Notes under the pieces: generated by a model | What the model was told of the DNA's origin: nothing | The model's database searches: none | Seen by the model: the letters and a program-made list of their open reading frames with translations, nothing else | Position numbers and translations under genes: made by a program | Assembly: GCA_000934665.2 (NCBI GenBank) | Contig: JYFJ02004076.1 | Location: 1 to 34,981 of the forward strand | From: Catajapyx aquilonaris | Taxonomy: Eukaryota | Direction: 5' to 3' | DNA: 34,981 bases | Shown here: positions 1 to 11,277 of the stretch, in pieces | Layout: each line of letters starts with the position of its first letter | How positions within the stretch are numbered: position 1 is the first letter of the stretch

Positions 1-599
1 ATAGGGTTGCTTCAAGACAAGGATAAAGTGGCCAAAACAATTTGAGCCCCATAGTACAGGGTTCTTGATTGATAATTATGTACACAAATTGTGAATTATA
101 ATAATTTCATGACATACGGTATATTTTGTTGAATTGAAGATTCAATTCGGCTTTTTAAATATCCATAAGCCAATATTAAGAAAAGTTTTTAAAACAAAAT
201 ATGACGACCTCCTAGGCAATAATAAAATTGCCTAACCTTTCATATACCTAATTGGTACATAGGCTATTTCCAATATTTGAACATATCAGGGCACTGTAGT
301 ACACTGTGTGCGGAGCATTATTCTGCAGTAACTTTGTTGCGCAATGTGCGTCACTTTGACTTGAAGTTACTGTAGGAGAGTTACATAACTTATACCGTAA
401 ATAATTTAATGATGACACTATCCTTAATATTCTACACAATATTATAGAAAATAATAATCTTACTAGTGTGTCAGTATCCTGTCAGAAGGCAGCATGAAAC
501 AAAGTGCATAAATTAAAGCATAAGAATGTGTTGTTCGTATTTTTCCTATTTTCATTGACTTCTGTGTATACGATACTGGTTTATTCATTGATAAAAATA

Positions 600-3500
600 G
601 TCAAGCCAATTTTTCCTTATGTTCATAGGACTTGGCTATGGGTTCGCCTTTTATAATACTATACAAGTAAGTGGTATATTTAAAGGATTTATTGCTCTGG
701 TTTCCTCCTTTGCAATTGTGGAAAATGTCTGTCGAAGAATTGCAAGTTTCTGAAAGGACGGCCTGAAAATGGATCTTTCAAATATTCAACTACATAATAA
801 ATGCAAAGTGTTGGAAGGCTGCATATCAACAGAATTATCAGTAAGCTTTAGTTACTCTGTTTGCATTATTTTTACATCAGCCTTGTTATTTGAAATGCAT
901 ATAGGTCTTACTACTTTCAAAAATATGGGTCCGGTGCTTCAACATGTATACTTAAAAATTATGGAGATTCCATATCTGTCTCACAGAGCATGATTTTTCA
1001 GTGCTTATAGGATTTTCCATGAAAGTAATAAAGTGAAGGAGGCAAAAAAAACTTATTACCGTCAAAATTACATGGGCAACCATCCTCACCTTTACAGTCA
1101 CAAGCAGTCACAAGCAGTTGTGTGCACCGTTTGGTCTATTCGATACGTGGGTGTCCAAGATGAAGCTGCTGGTGTGCATCGGCGTGCATCTGTCGCTCGC
1201 CTGCATCGTTGCAGAGTTGATCATACGTCAAAATGATGACAATCACATGTCCCTGGTGACCTCCCTCATTGCCAGAATCCACCGTGAGAGAAACGACTGT
1301 CTGTTGGTACTTGGTCACGATTACGAGGTCATCCCGGATGCCATCAACAACCTGGTCAGGAACATTGCCAGCGGAGGAGGACTGGTTACTCCTGTCCGTT
1401 GGTCCGAGTCTACGATACTTCCATCGCCCAACCCAAACCGTGACGGCAACTTTGAGTACTGGTTCTCATGGATGGAGAGGCCCACTGCCCAATGGCTGAC
1501 CAACTGCGGCTTCTTCGTGATGATCTACCACAAAGGTCACTTCCAGCAGGTCATGCGGTACATGGCCAGTCTGGTCAGGACTAACCCCAGGATAGACCGA
1601 TACTTGTACTACAGCCCCGACTCGGACATCTCTCAGGATATGCTGAACATGGACTATCGATTCCTGTTCCAAGTGGGACTGGTCCAAGAGGATCCGGGCA
1701 CCATCAGCATTGTCAACAACTGTCATTTCTGCAACAAAGGATACGCTAAGATTGTCCAAAGGGGCAAGTACACCAGCAAATGGGGACTGAGTCCGAATGA
1801 CCTGGAGATTTTCCCTGATTACTCCAACAGTGTGAACGGACAGTACGTCAACATCACATTCGCTGTTGGGTCGACCAAAGCAGACATTGATTACTTTCTG
1901 GAGAACGACATGCCCGTGTTTCCGTACCTAAAAGGGTTCCACATGGCTGCTGAACACTTCAACTTCGACTTCCACATCGAGTCTCCTGTGGAAGAAGCTG
2001 GGATCGAAGCGGTGTTGCCAGATGGGAACTGGACTGGTCTGATCGGACCTTTGCAGAGAAGAGAGTCGGAATTGGGGGCAGCTTTGTGCACCAGTGATGT
2101 CATGGCTGTCATTGACTTGGCCACTTGTTTCTACCCAACGACAATCACTCTTGCTACCAGGATGCCTCGACCTTTGTACACCTGGGGAGCCATAGCCAAG
2201 CCTTTCACGCCCGACATGTGGGGAGCAATATTGGCAACAGCAACAGTGGTTAGCTGTTTCTTCTACTTTCTCCTAAAAGTAGAGTACATCATTGGAAGTC
2301 CTTTTCCTGTAGAAGCAACCCCACCAACTCACCTCTCCTTGTACTCTCTCCGGTTCTCATTCTCCGCCCTGATTGAAGAAAACCCAAACCTTGTCCCAAC
2401 AGTCGACTCGCTGAAAGTTTTGCTGTGCTTTTACTGGCTGTTTTGTGACCTGATTATCCTGGCTTACGAGGCCATGTACTTCGGATTCATGGTCTCTCCA
2501 GCACTGGAGCCTCTGCCCAAGAGCCTGAAGGAGATGGTGGACTGGCCCAACTGGAAGTGGGACACCATGGACTATGTGACGGACTCGGCCAACATGCTGA
2601 CGGAGTTTTCAGAGGAAGAGCACATCAAGAAGTTGAGGGCAGGGATGCAAGGAGGCAGCGACATGACCGGATGCATGGTGAGGACGATTGAGGAGGACTT
2701 CAGCTGCCTGGCCTTCGATCAGATCCTGGACGCCTTGTCCTGGCAGTTTGTGGACTTGGAAGGAAATCGTCCTGTCCAAACAGTGCCAGACCCTGAGTTG
2801 TGGATCATTGCTGGATTCTCGACCCCCAAGTATTCAATTATGTTTCACGCAATCAAGCGTTTCGAGTTGTCTCACGTAAAGTCAAACATGTACGGCCAGT
2901 TCACAAAAGAATTTGCACATTTAATTTCTCTGATTGCCCTGAAAGATGCGAGGGAGAAGAATCTGTCCTACACTCCGTCCATGGCCCTCAACATCAGTCA
3001 GTTGAAGGCTCCGTTTGCCATTCTGGGAACCTTCATCACCATTGCTTTCTTCGTCTTCACAGGAGAGGTCATTAAATTCCGTGTGGACAAAAAGAAGAAA
3101 TAGAACATGTGTAATGCAACAGGCGCATTGTTTCAATCTATTAGGGCAGGCAATAAGTAGCATATGGTAAACACTAAAATATATGCACATCGAATAATTT
3201 TATTTTCACATTCAACAGTCATTTGAATTATTGTGAGAACCGCATGGATGCTTTTACACTAAAATGAGACACCCTAAGTATCGAAGAATAGTAGAGGCAT
3301 GCTAATAATAGTAATCTATGCTAATGCACTGTACGGTTCAGTTACTGTTTAATTAATTGCAATAAATCGTCATATCGTAACTTCAAATCATAGTCACGTC
3401 TATTCCTTCCAAACTTGTAATTTCCGTTTGAAAAATGAAATTTATGCCAGGAAATTGATGTAATGCATTACATATAACGTACACTAATTGTACGTGGACA

Positions 3501-3850
3501 CTGATATTTTACTTATTCAGCTAGTACTGTATAGCGATATCTAGATACGGCATGTGGTGTTAATTAGGAAATAGTTTAGTCGTAAAGTAGTGTCGTGGTT
3601 CATTACAATGATTGTATAGTACATTTTGCACACAAATTGCACCAGCACCCAACGAGGTAGCATTATGTGAAGGAAACCTCCTGTCCTATAAATGAAACAT
3701 GCTGAAATATTGTAGTGAATTAGCCAAAGAAAAATAAAATCGTTTAAACATCCCCAGAAACATACGATTTGTAGCAACCCATGAGAGTTATGGTGATTGT
3801 TGTATGTAGTGATGATGTTGCTTGAAACGTATCATAAACGAATATCATCA
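600..3850 (+). repeat. Segmental duplicate (IR-A plus flanks) of ~17400-20550; boundaries approximate
   Basis: Non-coding anchors are shared with the IR-B flanks: gtgcttataggatttt (~1001 / ~17623), aaaacttattac, gacactga (~3498 / ~20128), cctgtcctataa (~3680 / ~20382), aagaaaaataaaat..tttaa (~3727 / ~20430). Confidence 0.75.
1160..3103 (+). CDS. Divergent ionotropic receptor (IR-A), single coding exon, 647 aa
   Basis: First ATG in the 661-codon ORF is 1160, giving a signal peptide (MKLLVCIGVHLSLACIVA). CHFC motif, S1 motif DGNWTGLIGPLQRRESELG, pre-M1 KPFTPDMW, three TM helices plus pore loop, and last helix LNISQLKAPFAILGTFITIAFFVFTGE. This is the variant iGluR (IR) architecture. Confidence 0.9.
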   Translation: MKLLVCIGVHLSLACIVAELIIRQNDDNHMSLVTSLIARIHRERNDCLLVLGHDYEVIPDAINNLVRNIASGGGLVTPVRWSESTILPSPNPNRDGNFEYWFSWMERPTAQWLTNCGFFVMIYHKGHFQQVMRYMASLVRTNPRIDRYLYYSPDSDISQDMLNMDYRFLFQVGLVQEDPGTISIVNNCHFCNKGYAKIVQRGKYTSKWGLSPNDLEIFPDYSNSVNGQYVNITFAVGSTKADIDYFLENDMPVFPYLKGFHMAAEHFNFDFHIESPVEEAGIEAVLPDGNWTGLIGPLQRRESELGAALCTSDVMAVIDLATCFYPTTITLATRMPRPLYTWGAIAKPFTPDMWGAILATATVVSCFFYFLLKVEYIIGSPFPVEATPPTHLSLYSLRFSFSALIEENPNLVPTVDSLKVLLCFYWLFCDLIILAYEAMYFGFMVSPALEPLPKSLKEMVDWPNWKWDTMDYVTDSANMLTEFSEEEHIKKLRAGMQGGSDMTGCMVRTIEEDFSCLAFDQILDALSWQFVDLEGNRPVQTVPDPELWIIAGFSTPKYSIMFHAIKRFELSHVKSNMYGQFTKEFAHLISLIALKDAREKNLSYTPSMALNISQLKAPFAILGTFITIAFFVFTGEVIKFRVDKKKK

Positions 3851-4039
3851 TCACCACCACCATCACGACATTTTCCCTATAAGGGGTAGTCAGCTATGTA
3901 ATGGACGCCATTGCACCTGGCCACACCAGGGAGAAATTGGGACGAAGATGAGCAGCCTAGCAGACAAACCAGGTAATAGCCTGCTACATATTCAGCTCGT
4001 TACGCAATACGTCAAAGGGCAGAGAAATGTTGACGGTCA

Positions 4040-4156
4040 CAAGAAGAGTCGATAGAGGTGATCAATGCCATTGTGTCCAGAAGGGAGTGTGTGGTCAGGG
4101 TGGAGACAGGTCAAAGTCAGGGAGCGGCCTCTCCGCACAAGAAATCCATAACCAGA
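4040..4156 (-). repeat. Orphan partial copy of the GR inter-gene/upstream module
   Basis: gagtcgatagaggtgatcaatgccattgtgtccagaaggga...ggagacaggtcaaagtcagggagcggcc...aaatccataaccag matches 6020-6137 (-), 7897-7961 (-), 10971-11080 (+) and 12709-12830 (+). No GR follows it. Confidence 0.85.
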
Positions 4157-4403
4157 TAATAATTTATGACAGTGCTTCCCAATTGTTTTAGTTGGCGACC
4201 CCATAAAATTGTCTCGTAATGTAATGGGCTTGCTTGCAGTGTCATTACTACCTTTGGGTGCAACCATGATTTTGGTAGATGATTATAATAATTAGAATGT
4301 GATGATTAAGAGTTATTGCGAACCATTTGATGGTGATTATGCTCCAGACTGGTGAGTAGTGTAGAAGAATTTGAATATGATGCAAGTGCAGGGGGTGCAA
4401 CAG

Positions 4404-5811
4404 TTACTCTGCTTCCTTGAATTGCGCCAGGACTATGACGTATGTGGTCATGCACCAGCCAACTGCTGTGAAGGAGACATGAACTGTGATTACACCTTTG
4501 TGTTAATCAGCTCTGTAGACTTACGGCTGTCAATAGGCCCCTGTTGACAGCAAAGTAATTGGCTGCGGATATCTCCAAGGGAGGACCGGTCAGCTTTTGT
4601 ATGAAAACTTCCATCTGAAACACACAGTTGTGCATTTCAGAAATGAAGGATTAAATGTGTAGGTGCATCACTCACATGTGCCTTGATGCTTGGATTGGTG
4701 GCCAGAGGACAAGAGTGGATGAGGTGAGGCAATGCCCTTGTGCTCTGAAAACATCAAAAAGAGTCATTATTATTATTATTATCGCACCAATGGACACCAA
4801 TGGAAGATACATTACCTGCTGAGGTATGCGTCCTAAGATGATGGTGAAGGTAACGACTGATGAGACTATTATCCCAATAATCACTATTAATATTATTGGG
4901 TCAACTATACTTTGGTATGTAATAACACTAAAAAGAAGCAAGTAAAACATATAGCCTGTAATCCACGCGACATATATGAGGAAGATGGCCATGATGAGTG
5001 GTCCGTAAGTGCTGCCCATGTCATCCACTATCAGGCAAAGGTCGCACAGCAGGTCGCTGGCAGACATTAACTTCTCAACCAGCTTGTTACCACTAGGTGC
5101 GTTTCGTTGTGTAGTGCATACATGTATTACTTCCTCATTGAAATCATCCAGCTTCAACGCGATGACTGTAGCCAAAAAAGTCACTTGCACTGGGATCAAG
5201 TGAAGCAGAAAAAGAGAGTGCCACACAATGATTATGTCAACCATGTTGTAAGATTGAAACACTAGTCCACTTTTAAGATAGGCAAAAATCATGTATGAGA
5301 CTTCAGCTGACGGCAGCAAGAAGCAAGCAGCCATCAGCAGTGCGGAATATTTTCGAAGTTTCCTCTCGTGGAGACGCAGGTTTAGTCCAGAAAAACGGTC
5401 CATTATTTTCGAAATCTGAGTGACTCTGGTTTGGCAGAAAATGTAGTGAAGCCATGGAGCACCCTCTGCTATTCCATTAAGAGTTAATACTGAGATCCAA
5501 CTTGTTGTACTCGTGTAATTGCTCCTGTACCAACCGGGTAATGTCATCCAAGTTACCTTTGCAGAATATGCAGCCAAAAGAATGAAGTGCACCATTGCAG
5601 GCCACCGTTGGTACCACTTCCAACTCTGCTCTTTCCTGGGCCAAGGACAAGGAGCGATTCCTCCAAAGGTGGCCAAGATGGACAGTGGTCTGAACGAAGT
5701 CCAAAACGCGTCTCTCTGCTCATCACTTTCTTTTGGTTTCTTCTTCTCTTCCACATGAAACACTGGTGGTGTTCGACGTAACGTGAGGAATACGCGATTT
5801 GATCTCTTCAT
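4404..5811 (-). pseudogene. Gustatory receptor GR-a, frameshifted in last exon (or sequencing error)
   Basis: Exons 5811-4816, 4744-4676, 4614-4525 and 4462-4404, all phase-0 GT-AG. Exon 4 reads TTG GCT GGT GCA TGA where paralogs read TTG GCT GCA GCA GTG ACC. This 1-nt loss creates a stop at 4450-4448 and puts TTYVIVLAQFKEAE out of frame. Confidence 0.8.
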
Positions 5812-6137
5812 TTTTCTGCAACAAGCGGTAAATACTCTGCACCTCTTTGAACCTTCACCACGGCAGCCAAGTGTACCATCACCCCCGACCACGACGTAAA
5901 CAGTCTGACCCTTTGCTGGCGACTCGTCTGAACGTGTCCAAACTATCTTAGAAATTGTGCCCCGGAGAGCCCATAAATATCACAGCATCCGAGTTAAGCC
6001 AAAGGGTGACAGTGAAAAGGAGAGTCGATGGAGGTGATCAATGACATTGTGTCCAGAAGGGAATGTTTGGGTAAGGTGGAGACAGGTCAGGTCAAAGTCG
6101 GGGAGCGGCCCCTCTCCACCCATAAATCCATAACCAG
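5812..6137 (-). promoter_or_regulatory. Conserved GR upstream/5'UTR module (copy before GR-a)
   Basis: ~300-bp non-coding block repeated in front of each tandem GR start, including a pyrimidine tract + CAG (ctccttttca(c/g)tgtca). A regulatory role is inferred only from position. Confidence 0.5.
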
Positions 6138-6273
6138 GCTATAATCTGTCACATTCATGTGGCTTTATCAGGGCTTTATGGTACAGCCAAACCTAATCAT
6201 TATTGCGGGCAATGGTGGTCATAAATATGCGCAGAAAAATTTGAATAATCTGCAAGTGCATGAGGTACAACGG

Positions 6274-7693
6274 CTATTCTGCTCCTTTGAACTGCGCCAG
6301 GACTATGACGTATGTGGTCACTGCTGCAGCCAACTGTGAAGGAGACGTGAAGAGTGATTAGCTACACTTCCACATAAGTTTATCAAAATTAATATGCTCT
6401 GCATAGTTACGGCTGTCAATAGGCCTCGGTTGACTGCAAAGTAATTGGCTGCAGATATCTCGATGGGAGGACCGGTCAGCTTTTGTATGAATACTTCCAT
6501 CTGAAACATACAGTTGTGCATTTCAGAAATGAAGGTTTAAATGTGCAGGTGCATCACTCACGTGTGCCTTGATGATTGGATTGGTGGCCCGAGGACAGGA
6601 GTGGATGAGGTGACGCAATGCCCTAGTGCTCTGAAAACATCAAAATAGTAATTATTATCACAGTCAATGGCTCTCAATAGAAGAGAGATGTCCCGGTACT
6701 AATTACTTGCTGAGGTATGCGTCCCAAGATGATGGTGAAGGTAACGACTGATGAGACGATTATCCCAAAAGCCACTACTAATATTATTGTGCCAACTATA
6801 CTTTGGGATGGTTCGAGAAGGAAGTGAAACACATAGCCGGTGATCCACACGACAAATATGAGATAGGTGGCCATGATGGATGCTCCGTAAGTGCTGCTCA
6901 TGTCATCCACTATCAGGCAAAGGTCGTTCAACATGTCGCTGGCAGATATTAACTTCTCAACCAGCTTGTTACCATTAGGCGCATTTCGTTGTGTAGTGCA
7001 GACATGTATTACTTCCTCATTGAAATCATCCAGCTTCAATGCGATGGCTGTAGCCAAAAAAGTCACTTGCGCGGGGATCAAGTGAAGCAGAAAGAAAGTG
7101 TCCCACAAAATGATTATGTCAAACATCTTGTCATATTGAAGCAGTTTTCCCCTTCGAAAGTAGGCAAATAGCTGGTAAGAGACTTCAGCTAACGGCAGAA
7201 ATAAGCAAGCAAACACTAGGAGTGCGGAATACTTTCGCAGTTTCCTCTCGTGGAGACGCAGGTTTTGTGCAGAAAAAAGATGTACTAGTTTCGAAATCTG
7301 AATGACTCTGGTTTGGCAGAAAATGTAGTGCAGCCATGGACCACCCACTGTTACTCCATTAAGAGTTAAACTTGTCAACCAACTCGTTGTACTCGTGTAA
7401 TAGCTCCTGTACCAACTGGGGAATGGCATCCAAATTACCCTTGAAGAATATGCAGCCAAAAGAATGAAGTGCACCAATGCAGGCCACCGTTGGTACCACT
7501 TCCAACTCTGCTCTTTCCTGGGCCAAGGACAAGGAGCGATTCCTCCAAAGGTGGCCAAGATGGACAGTGGTCTGAACGAAATCCAAAACGCGTCTCTCTG
7601 CTCATCACTTTCTTTTGGTTCCTTCTTCTCTTCCACATGAAACACTGGTGGTGTTCGACGTAACGTGAGGAATACGCGATTTGATCTCTTCAT
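6274..7693 (-). CDS. Gustatory receptor GR-b (7tm_7 family), 4 exons, 401 aa
   Basis: Exons 7693-6707, 6630-6562, 6500-6411 and 6333-6274, with three phase-0 GT-AG introns near the C-terminus. C-terminal signature IEISAANYFAVNRGLLTA-LAAAVTTYVIVLAQF (TYhhhhhQF). Multiple TM helices. Confidence 0.92.
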
Positions 7694-7961
7694 TTTTCTG
7701 CAACAAGCGGTAAATACTCTGACCCTCTTTGAACCTTCACCAGGGCAGCCAATTGTACCATCACCCCCGACCACGACTTAAACTGTCTGATCCTTTGCTG
7801 GCGACTCGTCTGAACGTGTCCAAACTGTTTTAGAAATTGTGCCACGGAGAGCCCATTAATATAACATCCGAGAAGCCGAAGGGTGACACTGAAAAGGAGA
7901 GTCGATGGCGGTGATCAATGCCATTGTGTCCAGAAGGGAGTGTTTGGTTAAGGTGGAGACA
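7694..7961 (-). promoter_or_regulatory. Conserved GR upstream/5'UTR module (copy before GR-b)
   Basis: Near-identical to 5812-6085 and to the reverse complement of 11010-11277. Confidence 0.5.
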
Positions 7962-8230
7962 TATCTATCTGTCAACTTCATGTGGCTCTAGGTCTAGGGT
8001 ACATCCAAATTTATTCATTATTGTGGACAATGGTGGTCATAAATTTGCGTAGAAAAACACTTAAGCGGAGACAGTGTTACGTGGCAGTTTCACTATTGGC
8101 ACAGTTGAAAGGTGATTATGTTTCAGACGTAGTGACATGTGAAAACAAAATCTGCATACGCAGGCGGTGCAACAGTCATTCTGCTCCCTTGAACTGTGCC
8201 AGCACTATCACGTATGTCGTCACTGCTCCA

Positions 8231-9628
8231 GGGGTCATTCCAGGACAGGACGCCCCTAGGACAACACCCTCCATTTTTTGATTTTGATGAAATGCTGCAT
8301 GCAAGTCCCAAAATGGACGAGTAAGTAAATACCCAATTTTCAGACACTTAGGTTCAATAGGCCAAGAGTTATGCCATGGTCAAAATTGAAGAAAATCCGA
8401 AACATGTACTCAAAAATCGCACCATATCTCAGTAAGTACTTACTCTACCGCGACTTTTCGCATATCGATAGATTTGCAATAGTGTGGAGGAGACGATGGA
8501 TGCATCAAAAGAATTTTTCAGTGCAGGAAAAGCGTCATTTTCGCGAGGTCAAGTTTTGTGACCTTTGACCTTGACCATGTCCTCCGGTCGAAATGCTTGA
8601 GAATAAACACACTGATACCCACACATCTGTTGTATTCACCTGTATAAGTTTAATTTTAGTACGAAAATGTCTTCTGGGCGAAAAAAAATCCAGACTGCTA
8701 CCGTGTCATTGAAATCTTCAATGGCGGTAAGGTCGAGATTGCATGCCGAGTCTCTTGCAATCTCGACCTTATTGATTAGCGGATGGGTATTTTTTTCTTG
8801 AGACCGACGAGTATTACGCCTACCAACTCCGGGGCTACGCCGTCATGTTACCTGGGACACAATTTTGCAGTTTACAATCATGTGTCTGCATTTAACCTCC
8901 TGAAGCCCAGATTTGTTTTAAAAAATTTTTTTAAATTTTAATTTTTAATTTTTTTAAAAAAAATTTACAATAATTTAAAAACCCAATGGCTAAAGGGCTG
9001 TACGCGGGGCGTCAGGAGGTTAAATCAAATCAGGAAATTTTTATGAGGGCCATCCCCTAATCACCATCCACTAATCAATAAGGTCGAGATTGCAGGAGAC
9101 TCGGCATGCAATCTCGACCTTACCGCCATTGAAGATTTCAATGACACGGTAGCAGTCTGGATTTTTTTTCGCCCAGAAGACATTTTCGTACTAAAATTAA
9201 ACTTATACAGGTGAATGCAACAGATGTGTGGGTATCAGTGTGCTTATTCTCAGGCATTTCGACCGGAGGACATGGTCAAGGTCAAAGGTCACAAAACTTG
9301 ACCTCGCGAAAATGACGATTTTCCTGCACTGAAAAATTCTTTTGATGCATCCATCGTCTCCTCCACACTATTGCAAATCTATTGATATGCGAAAAGTCGC
9401 GGTAGAGTAAGTACTTACAGAGATACGGTGCGATTTTTGAGTCCATGTTTCGGATTTTCTTCAATTTTGACCATGGCATAACTCTTGGCCTATTGAACGT
9501 AAGTGTCTGAAAATTGGGTATTTACCTACTCGTCCATTTTGGGACCTGCATGCAGCATTTCATCAAAATCAAAAAATGGAGGGTGTTATTCTAAGAAAAA
9601 AGGGGGCGTCCTGTCCTGGAATGACCCC
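8231..9628. mobile_element. Non-autonomous foldback/MITE-type DNA transposon with ~560-bp terminal inverted repeats
   Basis: 8231-~8788 and ~9063-9628 are near-perfect inverted repeats (ggggtcattccaggacaggacgcccc ... ggggcgtcctgtcctggaatgacccc). Removing the element restores GR-c exon 4. The target duplication reads as CA (2 bp) or CCAG (4 bp, with termini 8232/9627). No transposase ORF. Confidence 0.92.
8896..9019. mobile_element. 124-bp piggyBac-like mini element nested in the foldback element
   Basis: TTAA at 8892-8895 and 9020-9023. TIRs CCTCCTGAAGCCC / GGGCGTCAGGAGG around an A/T-rich core. TTAA TSD with CC..GG ends is typical of piggyBac. Confidence 0.7.
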
Positions 9629-10970
9629 CAGCCAACTGTGAAGGAGACAATAACAGTCATTAGCTGCACATTTTTATCAAATCCGCCCTGTACATGACTT
9701 ACCGCTGTCAATAGGCCCCGGTTGACAGAAAAGTAATTGGCTGCTGATATCTCGATGGGAGGACCGGTCAGCTTCTGAACCAGTACTTCCATCTGAAACA
9801 TACAGTGGTACGCTTCAGGAAATGCAGATTGAATGGGGGAAGAGTTGAGGTGCATCACTCACATGTGCCTTGATGCTTGGATTGATGTCCCGAGGACAGG
9901 AGTGGATGAGGTGTGGCAATGCCCTCGTGCTCTGAAAACATCAAAAAGAAGCGGATTATAGTCCCAGCAAATGACACTCACTGTCAGTGGAAGATATACA
10001 CCATACCTGCTGCGGTATGCGTCCCAATATGATGGTGAATGTAACGAGTGATGACACCATTACCGCAATAACGAATATTTCAATTATTGGGTCAATTATA
10101 CTTTGGTGGGCGTTCACAAGCATGTAAAAGACAAATTCGGTAATACGGATGACATATATCAAGAAGGTGGCCATGATGGATGCTCCGTAAGTGCTGCCCA
10201 TGTCCTCTACTATCAGGCAAAGGTCGTACAAGAGATCGCTGGCAGACATTTAACTTCTCAATCAACTCTTCATCATTGTTGTGATCCTCCCTGGGACCGG
10301 TGCTTTGGGCTGTACAGACATGGATTACTTCCTCGTTGAAATCATCTAGCTTCAGTCGAAGGACTGTAGCCAAAAAAGTCACTTGCACGGGGATCAATTG
10401 TATCAGAAAGAAGGAATGCGCAACAATGATGGTCTGAAACATGTTGTGAGACTCAATCTGTTGTCCACCTCGAATTAGCAAAAATATCACGTATGTTTGT
10501 TCAGCTAACGGCAGCAAGAAGCAAGCAGACGCCAGAAGTGCGGACCATTTTCGCAGTTTCTTCTGGTGGCGACTAATGTTCAGTGCGGAAAAGCGGTGCA
10601 TCAGTTTCGAAATCCGAGTAATTCTGGTTTGGCAGAAAATGTAGTGAAGCCACGGACCAACCACAGCTACTGCAAAGAAAGTTATGATTGTCGCCCAAGA
10701 GGTTGTGCTCGTGCCATTGTTCCTGTGCCATTTCTGAAGTGGTTTTCAAGTCAGTACTGCTATGTAAGTGGCCAGCAGAATGAAGTGCACCATTGCAGGC
10801 CACCGTTGGTACCACTTCCAATTTGCATCTTCCCTGGGCCAAGGACAAGGAGCGATTCCTCCAAAGGTGGCCAAGATGGACAGTGGTCTGGCCAACATTC
10901 TTTACAATTGAATCAATTTGAATGTACTGTTCTGTACAGGCGTAGGAAGGTCATAAATAATAACCTGAGC

Positions 10971-11277
10971 ATGGATTTATTGGTGGAGAGGCCGCTCCCT
11001 GAACTTGACCTTGTCTCCACCCTAACCAAACATTACCTTCTGGACACAATGGCATTGATCACCTCCATCGACGCTCCTTTTCAGTGTCACCCTTTGGCTT
11101 CTCGGATGTTATATTTATGGGCTCTCCAGGGCACAATCTAAGACACTTTGGGCATGTTCAGACGAGTCGCCAGCAAAGGATCAGACAGTTTAAGTCGTGG
11201 TCGGGGGTGATGGTACAAGTGGCTGCCCTGGTGAAGGTTCAACGAGATTCAGAGTATTTTCCACTTGTTGCAGCAAA
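10971..11277 (+). promoter_or_regulatory. Conserved GR upstream/5'UTR module (copy before GR-d)
   Basis: Same module as 5812-6137, in the opposite orientation. Confidence 0.5.

Larger units (their letters stand above)
8176..10890 (-). pseudogene. Gustatory receptor GR-c pseudogene (body; its 5' end lies inverted at 13007-13191)
   Basis: Starts abruptly at C-AGA-CCA (RPLSILATF) at 10890. In-frame TGA replaces Trp at 10748-10746, and there is a +1 frameshift at ~10250 (AAG TTA AAT G vs AAG TTA ATG). Exons 2 and 3 are at 9931-9863 and 9792-9703. Exon 4 (LAGAVTTYVIVLAQFKGAE*) is split by the 8231-9628 insertion. Confidence 0.9.

Noticed and set aside
4672..4815. GR ORFs reading through intron 1 as apparent single-exon genes
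   Set aside because: Conserved GT-AG sites and the downstream exons carrying the TM7 motif show these are introns.
5812..5892. 27-aa GTG-initiated N-terminal extension (MVGGDGT...) on GR-a, b and d
   Set aside because: Artefact of allowing bacterial-type starts. An in-frame ATG follows, and the similarity reflects the duplicated module.
8371..9479. Twin 65-aa ORFs (8371-8568 + and 9282-9479 -) and twin MSENWVF ORFs
   Set aside because: They are mirror images produced by the TIRs of the foldback element and have no recognisable domain.
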